NCBI GenBank assembly: GCA_036172245.1
Contig: JAYWIR010000002.1
Location: forward strand, 2,542,001-2,606,000
Direction of reading: 5' to 3'
Source of the DNA: Raillietiella orientalis
Taxonomy: Eukaryota
Length of the DNA stretch: 64,000 bases
Part shown: piece by piece, positions 26,201 through 37,600 of the stretch
Position numbering within the stretch: position 1 is the stretch's first letter
Layout: every line of letters begins with the position of its first letter
Made by a program: the position numbers and the translations under genes
The notes under the pieces: generated by a model
Told to the model about the DNA's origin: nothing
Database searches by the model: none
What the model saw: the letters and a program-made list of their open reading frames with translations, nothing else

Positions 26201-26427
26201 TTTTTTTAATACACACTCTTCAGAAACAACTAAACATACAATTACTTTACTAAGACGGATATTCACTTATGTCCACGGCAAATTGATGCAACATAAATAA
26301 TAACTGGGCAATACTTACAGGATGCACTATTTGTTTGATGCCGAAGCCCAGCACTGAATTTTTGCAAGCAAATGTTATTAATGAAACGACGGCAAAGGGT
26401 CAGTTGTGCTCTAAACACCTCATACAT
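20242..26427 (-). CDS. Gamma-butyrobetaine dioxygenase-like Fe(II)/2-oxoglutarate dioxygenase (BBOX/TMLH family), 8 exons, 435 aa
   Basis: Exons: 26427-26319, 26097-25994, 25947-25769, 25646-25412, 23144-22956, 22911-22771, 20682-20414, 20323-20242; GT-AG and in phase (1308 nt). Zn-binding N-domain YIWLRDNCTCAAC..H; Fe motif HHTDMNYREKSPGVQMLHC; GGKSFFVDGF; FNNRRVLHGRTAF; RYLQGCYID. Confidence 0.93.
21000..21960 (-). mobile_element. Possible AT-rich decayed L1-like ORF2 (endonuclease/linker) inside BBOX-like intron 6
   Basis: Weak residual motifs LQRIHM (cf. LQETH), DLGNYKDI*R (cf. L.D.WR) and SQWKEMG..RYF (cf. W.EEGE..YF). Confidence 0.25.
23500..23606. mobile_element. Small palindromic MITE-like element in BBOX-like intron 4
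   Basis: Terminal inverted repeats ccatacctcaaagagactt / aagtctctttggggtatgg (1 mismatch) and an internal perfect hairpin actttattataaaaga-tttc-tcttttataataaagt. Confidence 0.55.
24220..24960 (+). mobile_element. Decayed L1/Tx1-like RT fragment inside BBOX-like intron 4
   Basis: TEFFKF..NTIRQGIITILL (cf. EFYK..S.RQGIITLI.K), followed by weaker RT-like pieces downstream; many stops. Confidence 0.5.
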
Positions 26428-26924
26428 TTTTTGAAAGCTTCCTTGTAAAATGTGTTGGTTAACAACTCTTTGCAAGCTAATGAGATTTAGTCACTCGACA
26501 GCATGGATTCTCGGGCACCCATTCTTGCGAAACGCTGAAGTTATAACAATGCAACTTTTTCCGTTTTTCTTTTTTTTTTTTTAAAAAAAAAAAAAAGAAC
26601 GAAAGGAAGAAAGAAAATCTTTCAATTCTGGCGCATTATCGATTTAACATGAGCTTCTGAGATGAGCGCAGAAACTGCCAAAGCACATGAACACAACTTC
26701 TTTCTCAAGCATTCCTTCGCACAGTTGCTGAATAAAGAAGGTGGCTGATATTCGTCGAGGTTGGGGTTCACGAATTCACGTGATTCCCCGAAGTCACTCA
26801 ACGCGTGCGTGACCTCTCTTCGGTTTGCTACAGTCACCACATGTCTGCTGGCATTCGCGCGAAGGCTGGAGAAGGGGAAATTGCAATGCCGTCGATAGAG
26901 GGACTCGGCAGTTCTACAAAGGTA

Positions 26925-26950
26925 CCCCCCACCCCACCCCACCCCACCCC
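26925..26950 (-). repeat. (GGGGT)n G-quadruplex-capable tract ~500 nt upstream of the BBOX-like ATG
   Basis: cccccc-acccc-acccc-acccc-acccc on + gives five G-runs on -. Confidence 0.7.
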
Positions 26951-28149
26951 GTTCCACAGGGCTCGAATTCTTTGGTCTTCGGGTTCGGTCGGTTACCGAA
27001 GGCGAGACGAAGGCGGAATTTGCGAAACGTCTTCAGCGTCTGTAAAGTTCAAGACCGAGTCTGCGTCAGCAGGATCATCAGAATCATCGCTTTGTCTGAG
27101 CTTGCCAAGATTCGGGAAATTGCGAGACAGCAATGAAAGCACGCTGCAACGGACACGGAAACCTCTGGTCTGTGTCCACAGTACATTACTGAAATTTAAC
27201 GAGAAACTGCTGACAAAATTTGCGTCGAAGCTGTTCGTTACTTTTGATGAAGGTCTCAAAACATTTCTACGAACATCCAGGAGAGCAAGCACATTCCAGT
27301 GTTGAGCATTCTAAATATACGCTTCTTCCCTGTTCTCTTTGTGCACTTTTTTTCTTTTTTTTTTTTTCAAGTACTCTTATTCGATGAGAGCACGCGCTTA
27401 TTTGCTGCTATGCCTGTTTCTGCACATGCACGTCGAGTGCTTCTTCTCCAATCCTTCAGAAACGAAAAAATTCAAAAAGGAAATGAAGAAGCCAAAGAAG
27501 TTTTGAATCGTAGTGACTTACGATCTTCATTGATCGCCGATGCTGCGACCAAGATGTCTCCCAGGTTTCCTGCTTTCATAATATTCATTTCATCTTATTC
27601 TCTTTCATAAACACTCGGACGTTTGGTTTGAAAAGATAAACGGATCGCCAGAATAGATCGCAAATTTCAGGAAATGGAAGGATTTGATTCAATTGAAGGC
27701 CTTCAAGTGCACACGGGCAGCATGGCTTAACGGGTTTACCGGGCTGCAAAGATTGTGCGAGAGAAGCCAGCGAAACAGCCTCTTCAGGAGTATAATAACA
27801 GGAAATGACGAGAAGACCGGAGCAGTTCCAACGAGAGGAGGCGAAGCCCGGGGAAAGAAGCAGCTTCCCGATCTTTTCTCCGAGAGGAGACGCAGTTACT
27901 GAGATAGAAGATGCGACGCCAGAGTCGGTGCAATGAGGTCGCGGATCCTGCTTGAACAGACTGTTCTCAGCTCATGCAGTCAGTGTCCTTTCCTCTGGCT
28001 GCTTCAAAAACAAGCCATTTAGCAGAACCCTGCTGAGTTTTTGGAGATGAATGCGATCGAATTTTGTTTTTTTTTTGAAAAAGAAATCCGAGGTATGAAA
28101 AGCGGGAGGCTGAAAAGGAGCACTGACCGCCCGCAACAAGGGAACATTC

Positions 28150-28520
28150 CGGTTATCCCCTATGCAGCAGACTGCCCCTTTTCCTGAGCCAAGCCAAACG
28201 TCTCCATGATAAGAACGGTTGAAGCCAAAGCTCTGGAATTGTCACAAGGGGCTTGCCTGAAGTCGTGAGAGCTAGAGCAGCTGCTTGACTCATCACGTGT
28301 ACAAACTGAGCAGTGTGACATCAGCTTTCTTCGGGGTTCAGAGTTCATCTCCATTTTCTGATGCACCAACAAGGACATCATTAAGGTTCCTATTCTAATC
28401 CTTTGGTACGCAGACGTATATATCAAATGCCTGCTTTTTCGAGAGTGCGAAGCAGGTCTGATCGGAAAACTTTGGATGAACAACCTGGTGCATTTGAAAG
28501 GCATCTGCATTAAGATGATT
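28150..28520 (-). mobile_element. Possible Ty3/Gypsy RNase H remnant
   Basis: Weak motifs KQAFDIYVCV..LNDVLV and SGKPLVTIPELWLQPFLSW (cf. KPF.L.VDAS..GAVL; G.PF..TDH..L.W). Confidence 0.25.
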
Positions 28521-30479
28521 CCTCATGGAGCGGGAAAAGATCATCGGGCTAAGCTACGTGGCTAAGCAGCCCATGGAAGGAAATGGATCAGTAGGAGAGC
28601 GGCAGCTCAGAGAATGAAGCTGTTGCTTTCACTTTCGCTTCCAACCAAATAAAGTGCTCAAACACCAAACGCGGTCTTGCACGCAGGCAGTGTCTGGAAC
28701 CGACTTTGCTAGATATTGCACGCATGCTGGTTTTGAGAGTTTCACTCCACCGGAAACTGTGAAGCACATTTGATCTGAAGGCACCTCAAGTTGGATTCAT
28801 GCTGTAAAGCGTGGGATCATGGAAAAACTGGATGCACTCTTCCAATAAATGACTTGAAGTCATCAAGAACATAGTAAGGTCGCTCGGGAAAGGAAGAGGA
28901 GAAAGTTTCGAATTTTACTCTTCTTCTTTAGAGGGAAGCACAAGTTTCCCGACAACTTAAAGTCTTAACTTGATGAGAGGAGGTGTTTCCGAAGCAGAAG
29001 CGGAAAATCACGTGAATTCCTTCTGCAAGTAAACACGAGAAGAGGAGGTTCTGATAGCCGCCAAAGATTTCCAGTGGGAGAAAAAACCCTCCTCAGGTTT
29101 CCATCTCGGTTCCAAATCCTCGTCATCTTCATCTGCTTGTCTTTCTTTCCCTTGGTTTTGCTTCTTTCAGAATGTCCTCCTTCGGAGTGATTCTCCTTTA
29201 CATAGTCCTTGACAGTTCGGTTTCCGTGACGGACAATTTGATCAGCAGTCTTTAGTTTTTTCTGTCTTCTCCTTTCTTGCTTCTGTGGAGGAATTGCTAG
29301 AGCATTCGCCTGCCATCACTTTAACCTTACAGTCAATTGGAGGACCTAAGACAGAGGTCGCAAGTTCCTATGGATGTGCTGACGACGCTGTGTACCTAGA
29401 CAAGGTAGGCAGGTAAGTCGGTACTCGAGTGACAACTGCATCTCTGGCTGCTCAACTGCACTTCCAGTACTCTCAAGTCAAAGCCACGTTTCCTGAGACT
29501 GACCATTCCAATGCATGCCAATGGATGTCTGCTGGGTGTGGATGGACGCGGTTCGCCAGCCGCAGCATCGTAGTTCTCCAGTCTCTCCTTAACCACACGT
29601 TCCACACGTGTTCTCAGTGCTTGTTCGTGAGAACCCTGAAACAAAGGCCTTGCAACCAGCATCCGTGCAAAAGATTATAACCTTTTGCACGCGGAACGTG
29701 CGTGATCCTTAGTGAAACCTTCAAGTCCTGTCGGGAATTCACTTGCAGGTTCAGACGTGTTCCGGAATTTCCGTTTCCGATCTATGTTTGTTTTCGCTAA
29801 TAACTCCTACTCCACCTCACTGGAAGCAATCGATCTATTCATTTTTCTGCTCGTCGGACATTGGCAACTTTTGCCTCCGGCATTCACAGCAACCCTGAAC
29901 CCTTTGTGACTAAATTTTCGCTCCAGCTCTGAGAGGGCGATCCCTGCACAGAAAATTTGCAATAAGACAGCTGAAATTAGTTTCATCGAATGTGGAGGAA
30001 GATGGGACCACTAAGAAAATCATTCGGTTACGTAAACAAAAGCGAATGTTTCCCTCTGCGACGCTTCTGTTTATTTGATTAGCCCTGAAGAATCCATGAA
30101 GCTTCATGAATTTCACAAGATCACCAGCGAGTTAACCTTTTTATTTCGAGACATAAAAAGTTCCGTGTCTCCTCAAAAAGCACAAAAACGGGGGGAAACA
30201 AGAGCAACAACCCATCCAATCATCCATCCTTCTGGGTGCTTTCTTCCGCAACCGCAAAACAGACTCGTACACTCTGTCTTCTGGACAAGCTTCCACGAGA
30301 AGCCCAAGGAGCACCTTCCTAGGGGATTGGTTATCTGGATGCCTAACGCTGCCCGAAAGATCATGAACGACTTCCTTCTCTGTTGGGAGGAAGATTTCTT
30401 TTCCTGCTGGCTAGGTCATCCTCGGAAACGACCTGTTGCGCAACTTGAGATCCTGTAAAGTAGGACAAAGGTGGCTACA

Positions 30480-31100
30480 GAGCAAGAATTCCACCGTCGA
30501 TGCTCAGCCTTCGATGCAGAGGTGCGTTTATCCCGGAGCAGCAGGTCGTGTTTTTTTTATCCACGAATGATCTGCACTCGCACGACATTCCCAAGAGCGC
30601 CTGCCTCGATTTCCCATCATTGAATACATCTACGTGCAATGATTTTGGATCCATCAAGGACTCTCTCCTTCCTGTTTTCGATGGACTAGCGTAGGTTCAG
30701 TGCAAGCACGAAGTGTATTCCTTCCTCCCGAGACTAGCGCCTAAATCTTCCCACTCAGACATCTGCACGGGCATTTCGGAGGTTGACGAATTCACAGAAA
30801 CCCCAGGAGCAACATTGGCATTGCATATTCATGCCTGCAAGGCATCATGTAGCTCTGAGACCCCAAATAGTTGTTTCCGCTGTAGCTTGCGTGCATGGAA
30901 ACGTTTGGGGTGATCATCCATCCGTTCGCAATAGCGGCGTGCAGCGCACGCACCGTGGTGTACAATGGTCCTGAACCTGAAGGCTTGAATCTGAAAGCTT
31001 TGCTTTACTGAAGCATACGTTGTTGTCACAGTGACTCCGATGGATTGCGCTTGTCCAAGGATCGGCTCCTTGCGATGTTTTCCATACATCAATCGCACGA
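30480..31100 (-). mobile_element. Possible Ty3/Gypsy RT-thumb/RNase H remnant
   Basis: Weak motifs RKQLFGVSEL..EW and LHVDVFNDGKSRQALLG (cf. LR.FLG..; L.TDAS..GLG). Confidence 0.25.
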
Positions 31101-31495
31101 TTCAGCCATTTTGTTGCTTTCTCGAGCAATGAAGTCGAGAATTCATGCTCGGGAACTGGTTACCAGACTGAATTTTAATAGCAAAAAATTATGCCTTTAA
31201 AACAATATGTCTTTAGGAACTGGTCCAGAATTAAATTGATTACACCTTCTCAGGGGTCCGACAATGCTTTTCAGTAACGCAGGGAGAAACTGTGTGCCGT
31301 TTATCTTTTTCCAAGATTCTGTTTAGACTTCTACATCTGTGATACATTCCGTTTATTCTGTAATTTTCATTCACGTTGTGGACGAAGTTTACGACAGCGT
31401 ACTTAGAAAGGTATTTTCGGTGTTCCTCGTTGCAGCGAAGCGTTGAAATTTCTCCTAAACGAGAAAGAGCAGCTGGGTGTTAAGGTGTCTGGAGG

Positions 31496-31529
31496 AATCA
31501 ATGGCAAGCCAACAGGCTTGCCATTGATT
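31496..31529. repeat. Perfect 15-bp inverted repeat with 4-nt loop
   Basis: aatcaatggcaagcc-aaca-ggcttgccattgatt. Confidence 0.9.
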
Positions 31530-33922
31530 GCTGTGTGCTTCTGGTTTCGATGGATCGCAATGACGGACTACATGGTATATTTGGAATAAGGGAAGGAATG
31601 GCTCTGGTCGTCTCTTGAGATGTCGCACAGGAACAGGTACTCGATTTCGGAAGAGTTCCTCTCCACCAGATTCAGGGGAGCAACCAAACTATGAATTTCA
31701 CGTAGGCGTAGGTAGCAACCCCAAGGATTCCAAGAGTTAATGTGATGGCGAAAGGCACTAGAAGAAGCAGAAAAGAAGGAAAGCTCAGCGGGATATTTGG
31801 TTTTATTTTCCTTCTTCTCAATCGAAGTTTGGACAGACAACAACAACAGCATCAACCACAAAAAAAAAAAAAAAAAAAAAAAAGGCTAACTCGGCGTCGG
31901 TGAGAGCATTGAGGGATGATGAATCTTTCATTTCATGACTCTTAGCAAAAAGCAATAACGTTCCAGCGAGAAGATGAGATCATAAATGCAGCCGTTATTC
32001 GTCATTTCAAACTGAAAGAAATGGAAAACTCTCCTATTTTATACAAGACGCAATGAGGTACGTATTCATTTAATTGATCAAGAATCTGAAACAGAACAAG
32101 AATGCAATAGTTTTCGTTGGATCCGTTCTTTCCCTGGCAGCTTTTTTCCATGCAGAGTTCCTTATCGAGTAGAACGAGCCAAGCAAAGGATCCTATGCTC
32201 AAGGAGTTGAAGAGGACGTCACCTTTTCCATCTCCGTCACAAATCTCTTAAGAACAGAACAGCCCAACTTCAAGTTGTGAAGTTTCGAATCACTTCCTCG
32301 TGGTTTCTCCCAAACTTTAATTCCGATTCCAGCGCTGCTGCTTAATTTTCGTCCTGATTGCTTCGGTAGTGAAAACTGAAAAGGGTTTCTATTAGAATTC
32401 TAAGATCACAGCAGCAACCGTTCCCTCGCTTTTTGTAATCCTCAAGAAACCCATTCAAAGATGGTCCTGAATGTTTTCATTACGATGAACTTTTGATGCG
32501 ATTTCCAGAGTTTGTCTTGTCGAATCACCTTTTATTTTCTTGGAGATCTAGATTAAAGTTACCCTGCTAGTTATTGTGTTCCTGGCAAACTGTCTGAAAA
32601 GAGGGGTGACTTTTTTCTACGACTTTGAACGAAAATCGTTACCTCAACTTTTGGGAAATTGGTCGAATCCTCAAGCAGGGCATCCGTTTGTAGGTAGGGA
32701 ACCGGAAACTTTTTTTTTTTTTTGTGTGGTGCAGGGTATCTCGAGGGCACTGAGAAAATGACACACTTGAAACACACTGCACTTTGATTCAATCGATTTC
32801 TAACATGTGATCCCACATATCTAAAGTGCTCACTCAGATTCTGAGATGTTTCTGGAAGGGAAAAACGTTTTTCCGGACAGTTTGTGTTAGAAGACTGGTG
32901 CAAATGAAATTCAGGAGATTGAGCGGGAATAGATGGTAACCATTTTGTTGAACCTACAACGAAAATCGTGGAATCTCTGGAAGAGAAAACGATATTGGCA
33001 GCACACATTCGAAAAAAAGTTTCTCTCCTCTTGCCTTCTCCATGATCCCAGGGAATCTGGGTGGCAGAATTTCATCTGAAAGTTCCCATTCTCCTGGCAG
33101 ATTCCATGAGGAAAAAAAATTTTTTTTCTTATCCGAACTTCAAATAACGACTTTTTTGTTGAAGACCGTACGTAGGCTATTCAAAATGATAATGCATGAT
33201 TAGACATACGGATTAGGTTTTAATAATGGGATAAGGTTTGATGCAATCTTATGTCATAAGATCATACGTCCTCTTGTATGATCAGCCACCCTGATGAGGG
33301 AAACACGGATCATAAAAAAAGAACACTTGAATACTGAATCCATAGAAATTGCAGGACAAGCCAGGATGAAATGAAACTGCCCGTTTTCAATGCCATCTCG
33401 CTAAAAAATTTGCGGTTAGTTTCTGAATAACCTGTTCCATCATTACTGTTACCGATAAAATCAAAGAGGAAAGTCAGAATGACGTTTGCACTGATTAATC
33501 GAATGCATACTCGAGTGGTCTTCGAGTACATACAGATATACACACCGGAAGCGATCGGTCTAAGTAGAAGCTTGGATGACTTCCTTTGTCAGATAACGCG
33601 AGAGGCAAGCTCAAGTTTTAATAACCAAGTTGACAAGAAAGTCAGGTATACAGATGAGAAAGTGCTTATTTGTGCATGTTCATGCACCAGAGAGGATCTA
33701 GCTGAGAAATCACGAATACAGCTCTGTATCACATCCTTGCTACTCTCTGTATCAACGCTATGTGTCACTAAACACTGAATGACTAATATCTAATCGAAGT
33801 CCACGGGAATGTAATGCAGTAGTTCCATTATTCAACTTTATGCCTCTAAGACTTCGTGTCGTAATTGTCTTGGAATTCTACGGTATTGAACTGCATGTTC
33901 TAAAATTTTTTGAAACAGAAAA

Positions 33923-33925
<3 letters not shown>

Positions 33926-33996
<71 letters not shown>
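33926..33996. repeat. (CA)n microsatellite
   Basis: About 35 CA units; source of the spurious HTHTHT ORFs. Confidence 0.95.
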
Positions 33997-33997
<1 letters not shown>

Positions 33998-35907
33998 CCT
34001 TCGTGGGAATAATTCGATGCCCGTCAATTCTATTCAAAAGATGTTTGAATTGTGTAGAAACGAATCATATCGTTTATGACCTTTGGGGAACACAAAGGTC
34101 ATTCTGTCTTTCTGTCTTTCATGCTCTTGCTTTTAACATGTTATCTGAAATGCCACGAATATGAAAAACATCTGAAAATTTCGATATCCGAACATCTTTG
34201 CAATCCACTTCTCCGGCTTCCACGGCTCTTGCGTTTCCCAGGTTTCGCTACACACACACAAAAAAGTTGATCAGGATTATTTTCCATCCAGTTCATTGTG
34301 AATATGAAACCGTTTTGATTATTTCGAGATCACTTGGATCGCGGTTAAGGTCCTGGAAAAAATCATCATTCCCCGGGATCAAGTCTAAAATCTGAACACT
34401 TACGGGTTTCTCCGTATTCCATTCCCACTATCGTAGTTTTCTGTGTGCAGATCCGGGAAGTAATCATTTGGTATTTTTTCCAACAGATGACTCAACCTCC
34501 CATGCGTGCCTGAGAAACTCACGCATGTCGATCGTTACAGACTCGCACAGCATCGCAGCAGCATGCATCTACCAAGTTTAGGTTTTGTGAGAACGTACCT
34601 GTAGACAAACAAAGACTGAAGCATAAATCAGCAGCTGAAATATGGATGACTATAAAATGACGTATGGGTTTACTTATTCTGCCGTGTTGCAACGCTATTG
34701 ATCGGATCGGGTCCACAGAGCCTACCAAGGATACGAGAACGAAGGATGCCTTTTGCTGACTATCAGCTAAGCGAAGTTTTCTGCTGAAAGGTCAAAGGTA
34801 TCAAGCAGCTGACTCCCGATATTCAGAAATCAAAGGATTCCCCGATGAAAAAAAAAAAAATGTCTTCCTTGTTTTCAAGTTTTTGTTTACACGCGAGGGT
34901 GGGAAGGACTACTACACCACGATGCCTTTAAAGGAAAATGTTTAAAGCCTTTAAAGGAAAATGAAAAAAAAAAAAAAAAACTCAGATACGGCGGCTTGCA
35001 AGGCTATTCTGTGTATGCTGTTCTCAAAGACGTTCGCTCGTCTTCAATGAAGGATCTCGATGAAAAGATAAAGAAACAGATAACGAAAAATTTCGAGATT
35101 ACTGATTCGATCGATAGAATCACTGTTACTTCTTGATTCTTGGTTTCACTTTTATCCTGCTGCAGTCTCATGAAATCGCACTGTGATTCCTATACAGTGA
35201 TGATCCCGTTATACTACTAAAAGCAATATTCCTTCTAACCAGTACTGTATTATTTTCAGTATTTTATTTACACAGATAATGCCTTAAACAGATATCTACT
35301 CATTATGGATTCAGCACTGGGGAGAATGCACAGACTTGAGAACAGGAAAGATCATACATTCCGTCCATCTTCATAAGAAAAGTGGCACTATAGAGTCCCA
35401 ACCCAGGTGAGTTTCAAGAGACTCCATCTTTGTAGAAAGTAGAACACATAGATTGGTTTAGCTACTTTCGAAGCGATCTAGCAGATCAGTCTAGTGAGAA
35501 CCTACATTACTTACATGGACAATGAAGTTGCCATATCAACCGTTTAAGGAAATTCAAACACTAGGGGAACGGACGTTCTCGATGTTTAGATTTTTCGAGT
35601 TCCTCCAAAGTGTCTTCCAAGGAAGCTTATTCCAGCTATGTTGCTCCCCAAAACGACGGTAGAGCAAATGGAAGTTTCGATTCCTCATCCTCAAGTGGAA
35701 CCAGAACGTTCGTTCTTCTTTCACGGAGTCAGGGCTGCAACTCATGTTCGCCTTCCGGCACAAAGGAAATTTCGAGCTAGCATTTGAGATGCTCCGTGAG
35801 GAGGAATGGTAGGTGTCTAAAAGCAATCATCAATTTTTTTTTGCCGGATCTCTTGGACCGAAAATCTGTTCCATTACCAATCAGCTTTTCTGTTTCCATG
35901 GAAACAA

Positions 35908-35950
35908 ACACACACACACGCACACACACGCGCACACACACACACACACA

Positions 35951-36000
<50 letters not shown>
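35908..36000. repeat. Interrupted (CA)n microsatellite
   Basis: CA run with CG/TA interruptions. Confidence 0.95.
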
Positions 36001-36005
<5 letters not shown>

Positions 36006-37179
36006 CTGAACTTTACTGTTCTGAAGTTTTGGATGCAGGTTACAAAACGGAGAGAATCAAGGACCCCAGATGTACACTCCGAGCTGATGGAAGGAGAGCT
36101 GAATCGCGCGCTCCTCGTTGCTGTGCTCTGCGATCAGTGTGCTTCCACAGGCATCCCGAGGAACCTCAGAAGCATCAACAAGGAAGTGATGCGTGTACAT
36201 AACAAACCGCGCGCTTTGAAAAACGGTCCAGGTTCACACTATCCGACAGGCATCGTGAAGCAAGGCACCGAGTGAGCGGGGCACGCGATGCAAAAAAACG
36301 TCTTCGTTACAAAGCCGTCATCCAATTCGAACCGAAACCTTTTGCGCGCGCGTATCTTCGGCTGCGGAGGGAAAATCTTTTCAGTGCAGAACGGAATGAA
36401 AGTGGGATGCACTTTAAAAAGGTTTTCTCTCTCTCCCTCTCCCTCTCTCTATCATTACAAACCCCATAGATGGGGGTCAATGCAACGTAAAGCATCCCTT
36501 CTCGTTGGACAAGAAGCTTGTACAGTACATGGGAATTAAATCGATATAACTGTTTAAGTGTGTCTCGGTATTCCTTCCTCGACGACCAAGAAAGGCACGC
36601 AGATGAATACTTTCAAATGTGAGTAATCAAACAGAAGCATCCTTCATCCCATCTTTCTTATCTTCCGAGATTCGGAAGGAAAAGCTAATGATGCGTTTTC
36701 TGCTCTCCTCGTATAATGAAAAAGAGAGGTCTGCGAGATCCTGATGGATCCATTATTTATTGCAGTTTAAAGCAATCCTTGCAGGATTTCGGAAACAGTT
36801 CCTGAGAGTGTTTGTGTCTGGAGTCCCGAGCATAAGGGAAGAGCGTCGATGCTCTCCAGATCCGGTTAATCAGAGTTATCACAGTGCCGGAGACAAATTT
36901 CAAAAGTTCCCACTCCTCTGCAAAGGAGGAGGAGAGGGGGGAGGCTTGGCTCTTTCTTTTTCCTTTTTGTTGAAGCGCAGGAGAGGATACCCAGGGAAGA
37001 ATCGTCAGCAAGGCCGTATGACCTAGAAAAACGCAGTGAGAGACCGAGGAAACAAGACTCTGACCTCTCATCCTCAGGCAAAGAAAAATATCTCTGGGCA
37101 CTCGACGTCGGAAGCAGCTCGTCCACGTGTGCTCTCGTGACAGGAGCTCGCGGTTTTCCATAGCTAGGGTGGGTAGCTG

Positions 37180-37600
37180 GCCGACCAGAGAGAGTCAGAA
37201 GGGACAAGGCCATCTGCTTGGCAGCATGTGGCAGTGAAAGATGGCAACTTATCTTCAAGTTGTTACAAGGGCTGCATCACAGAAATTCCAGACAACCAAG
37301 AGCATCCCGTGCGCGCACGCATCCAAGTCTTGGGGAAAATGAATGAATGAGTGCTCTTATCCGCTTTTTGAGATGACCACTGATGCCGTAAACCGGAAGA
37401 GCAACCCTCCGTTTCCAACTTTCTGGTCCGAGTTCTGTACTGATCTCCGTCTCTGGCCTTTGTAAATGCAACAATCTTTCCCATGACTTGGGAAATCAAC
37501 TTGGGCAGGAGGGCAATCGGGCACCTCATAGAAAGGTGTACGTGACAACCGCCGGTCGTCAGGGGTCTCACCACTTCTCTCGATGTCGTTCAGCTGCGCC
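37180..37600 (-). mobile_element. Decayed Ty3/Gypsy RNase H fragment
   Basis: RCPIALLPKLIS (cf. RPIAF.SK.LS), ADKSTHSFIFPKTWMRAR..SW (cf. TDHK.L.YI..K.LN.RQARW) and QADGL (cf. N..ADAL), in the expected order. Confidence 0.4.

Noticed and set aside
26622-27610. ORFs of 100-166 aa diverging from the BBOX-like promoter
   Set aside because: No recognisable domain and no consistent splice model; overlapping ORFs on both strands are expected at this GC content.
29219-29416. RT-like peptide GFRDG..VEELL..YGCADDAVYL
   Set aside because: Motif spacing is plausible but no flanking RT motifs support it.
33261-33312. Hammerhead ribozyme (CTGATGAG..GAAAC next to an 8-bp hairpin)
   Set aside because: Only one base separates CTGATGAG from GAAAC, so stem II cannot form, and no stem I/III pairing was found. 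Other CTGANGA hits (2602, 26048, 40549, 41240, 53689) also lack the fold.
33840-36275. His/Thr- or Cys/Val-repeat ORFs
   Set aside because: Translations of (CA)n microsatellites.
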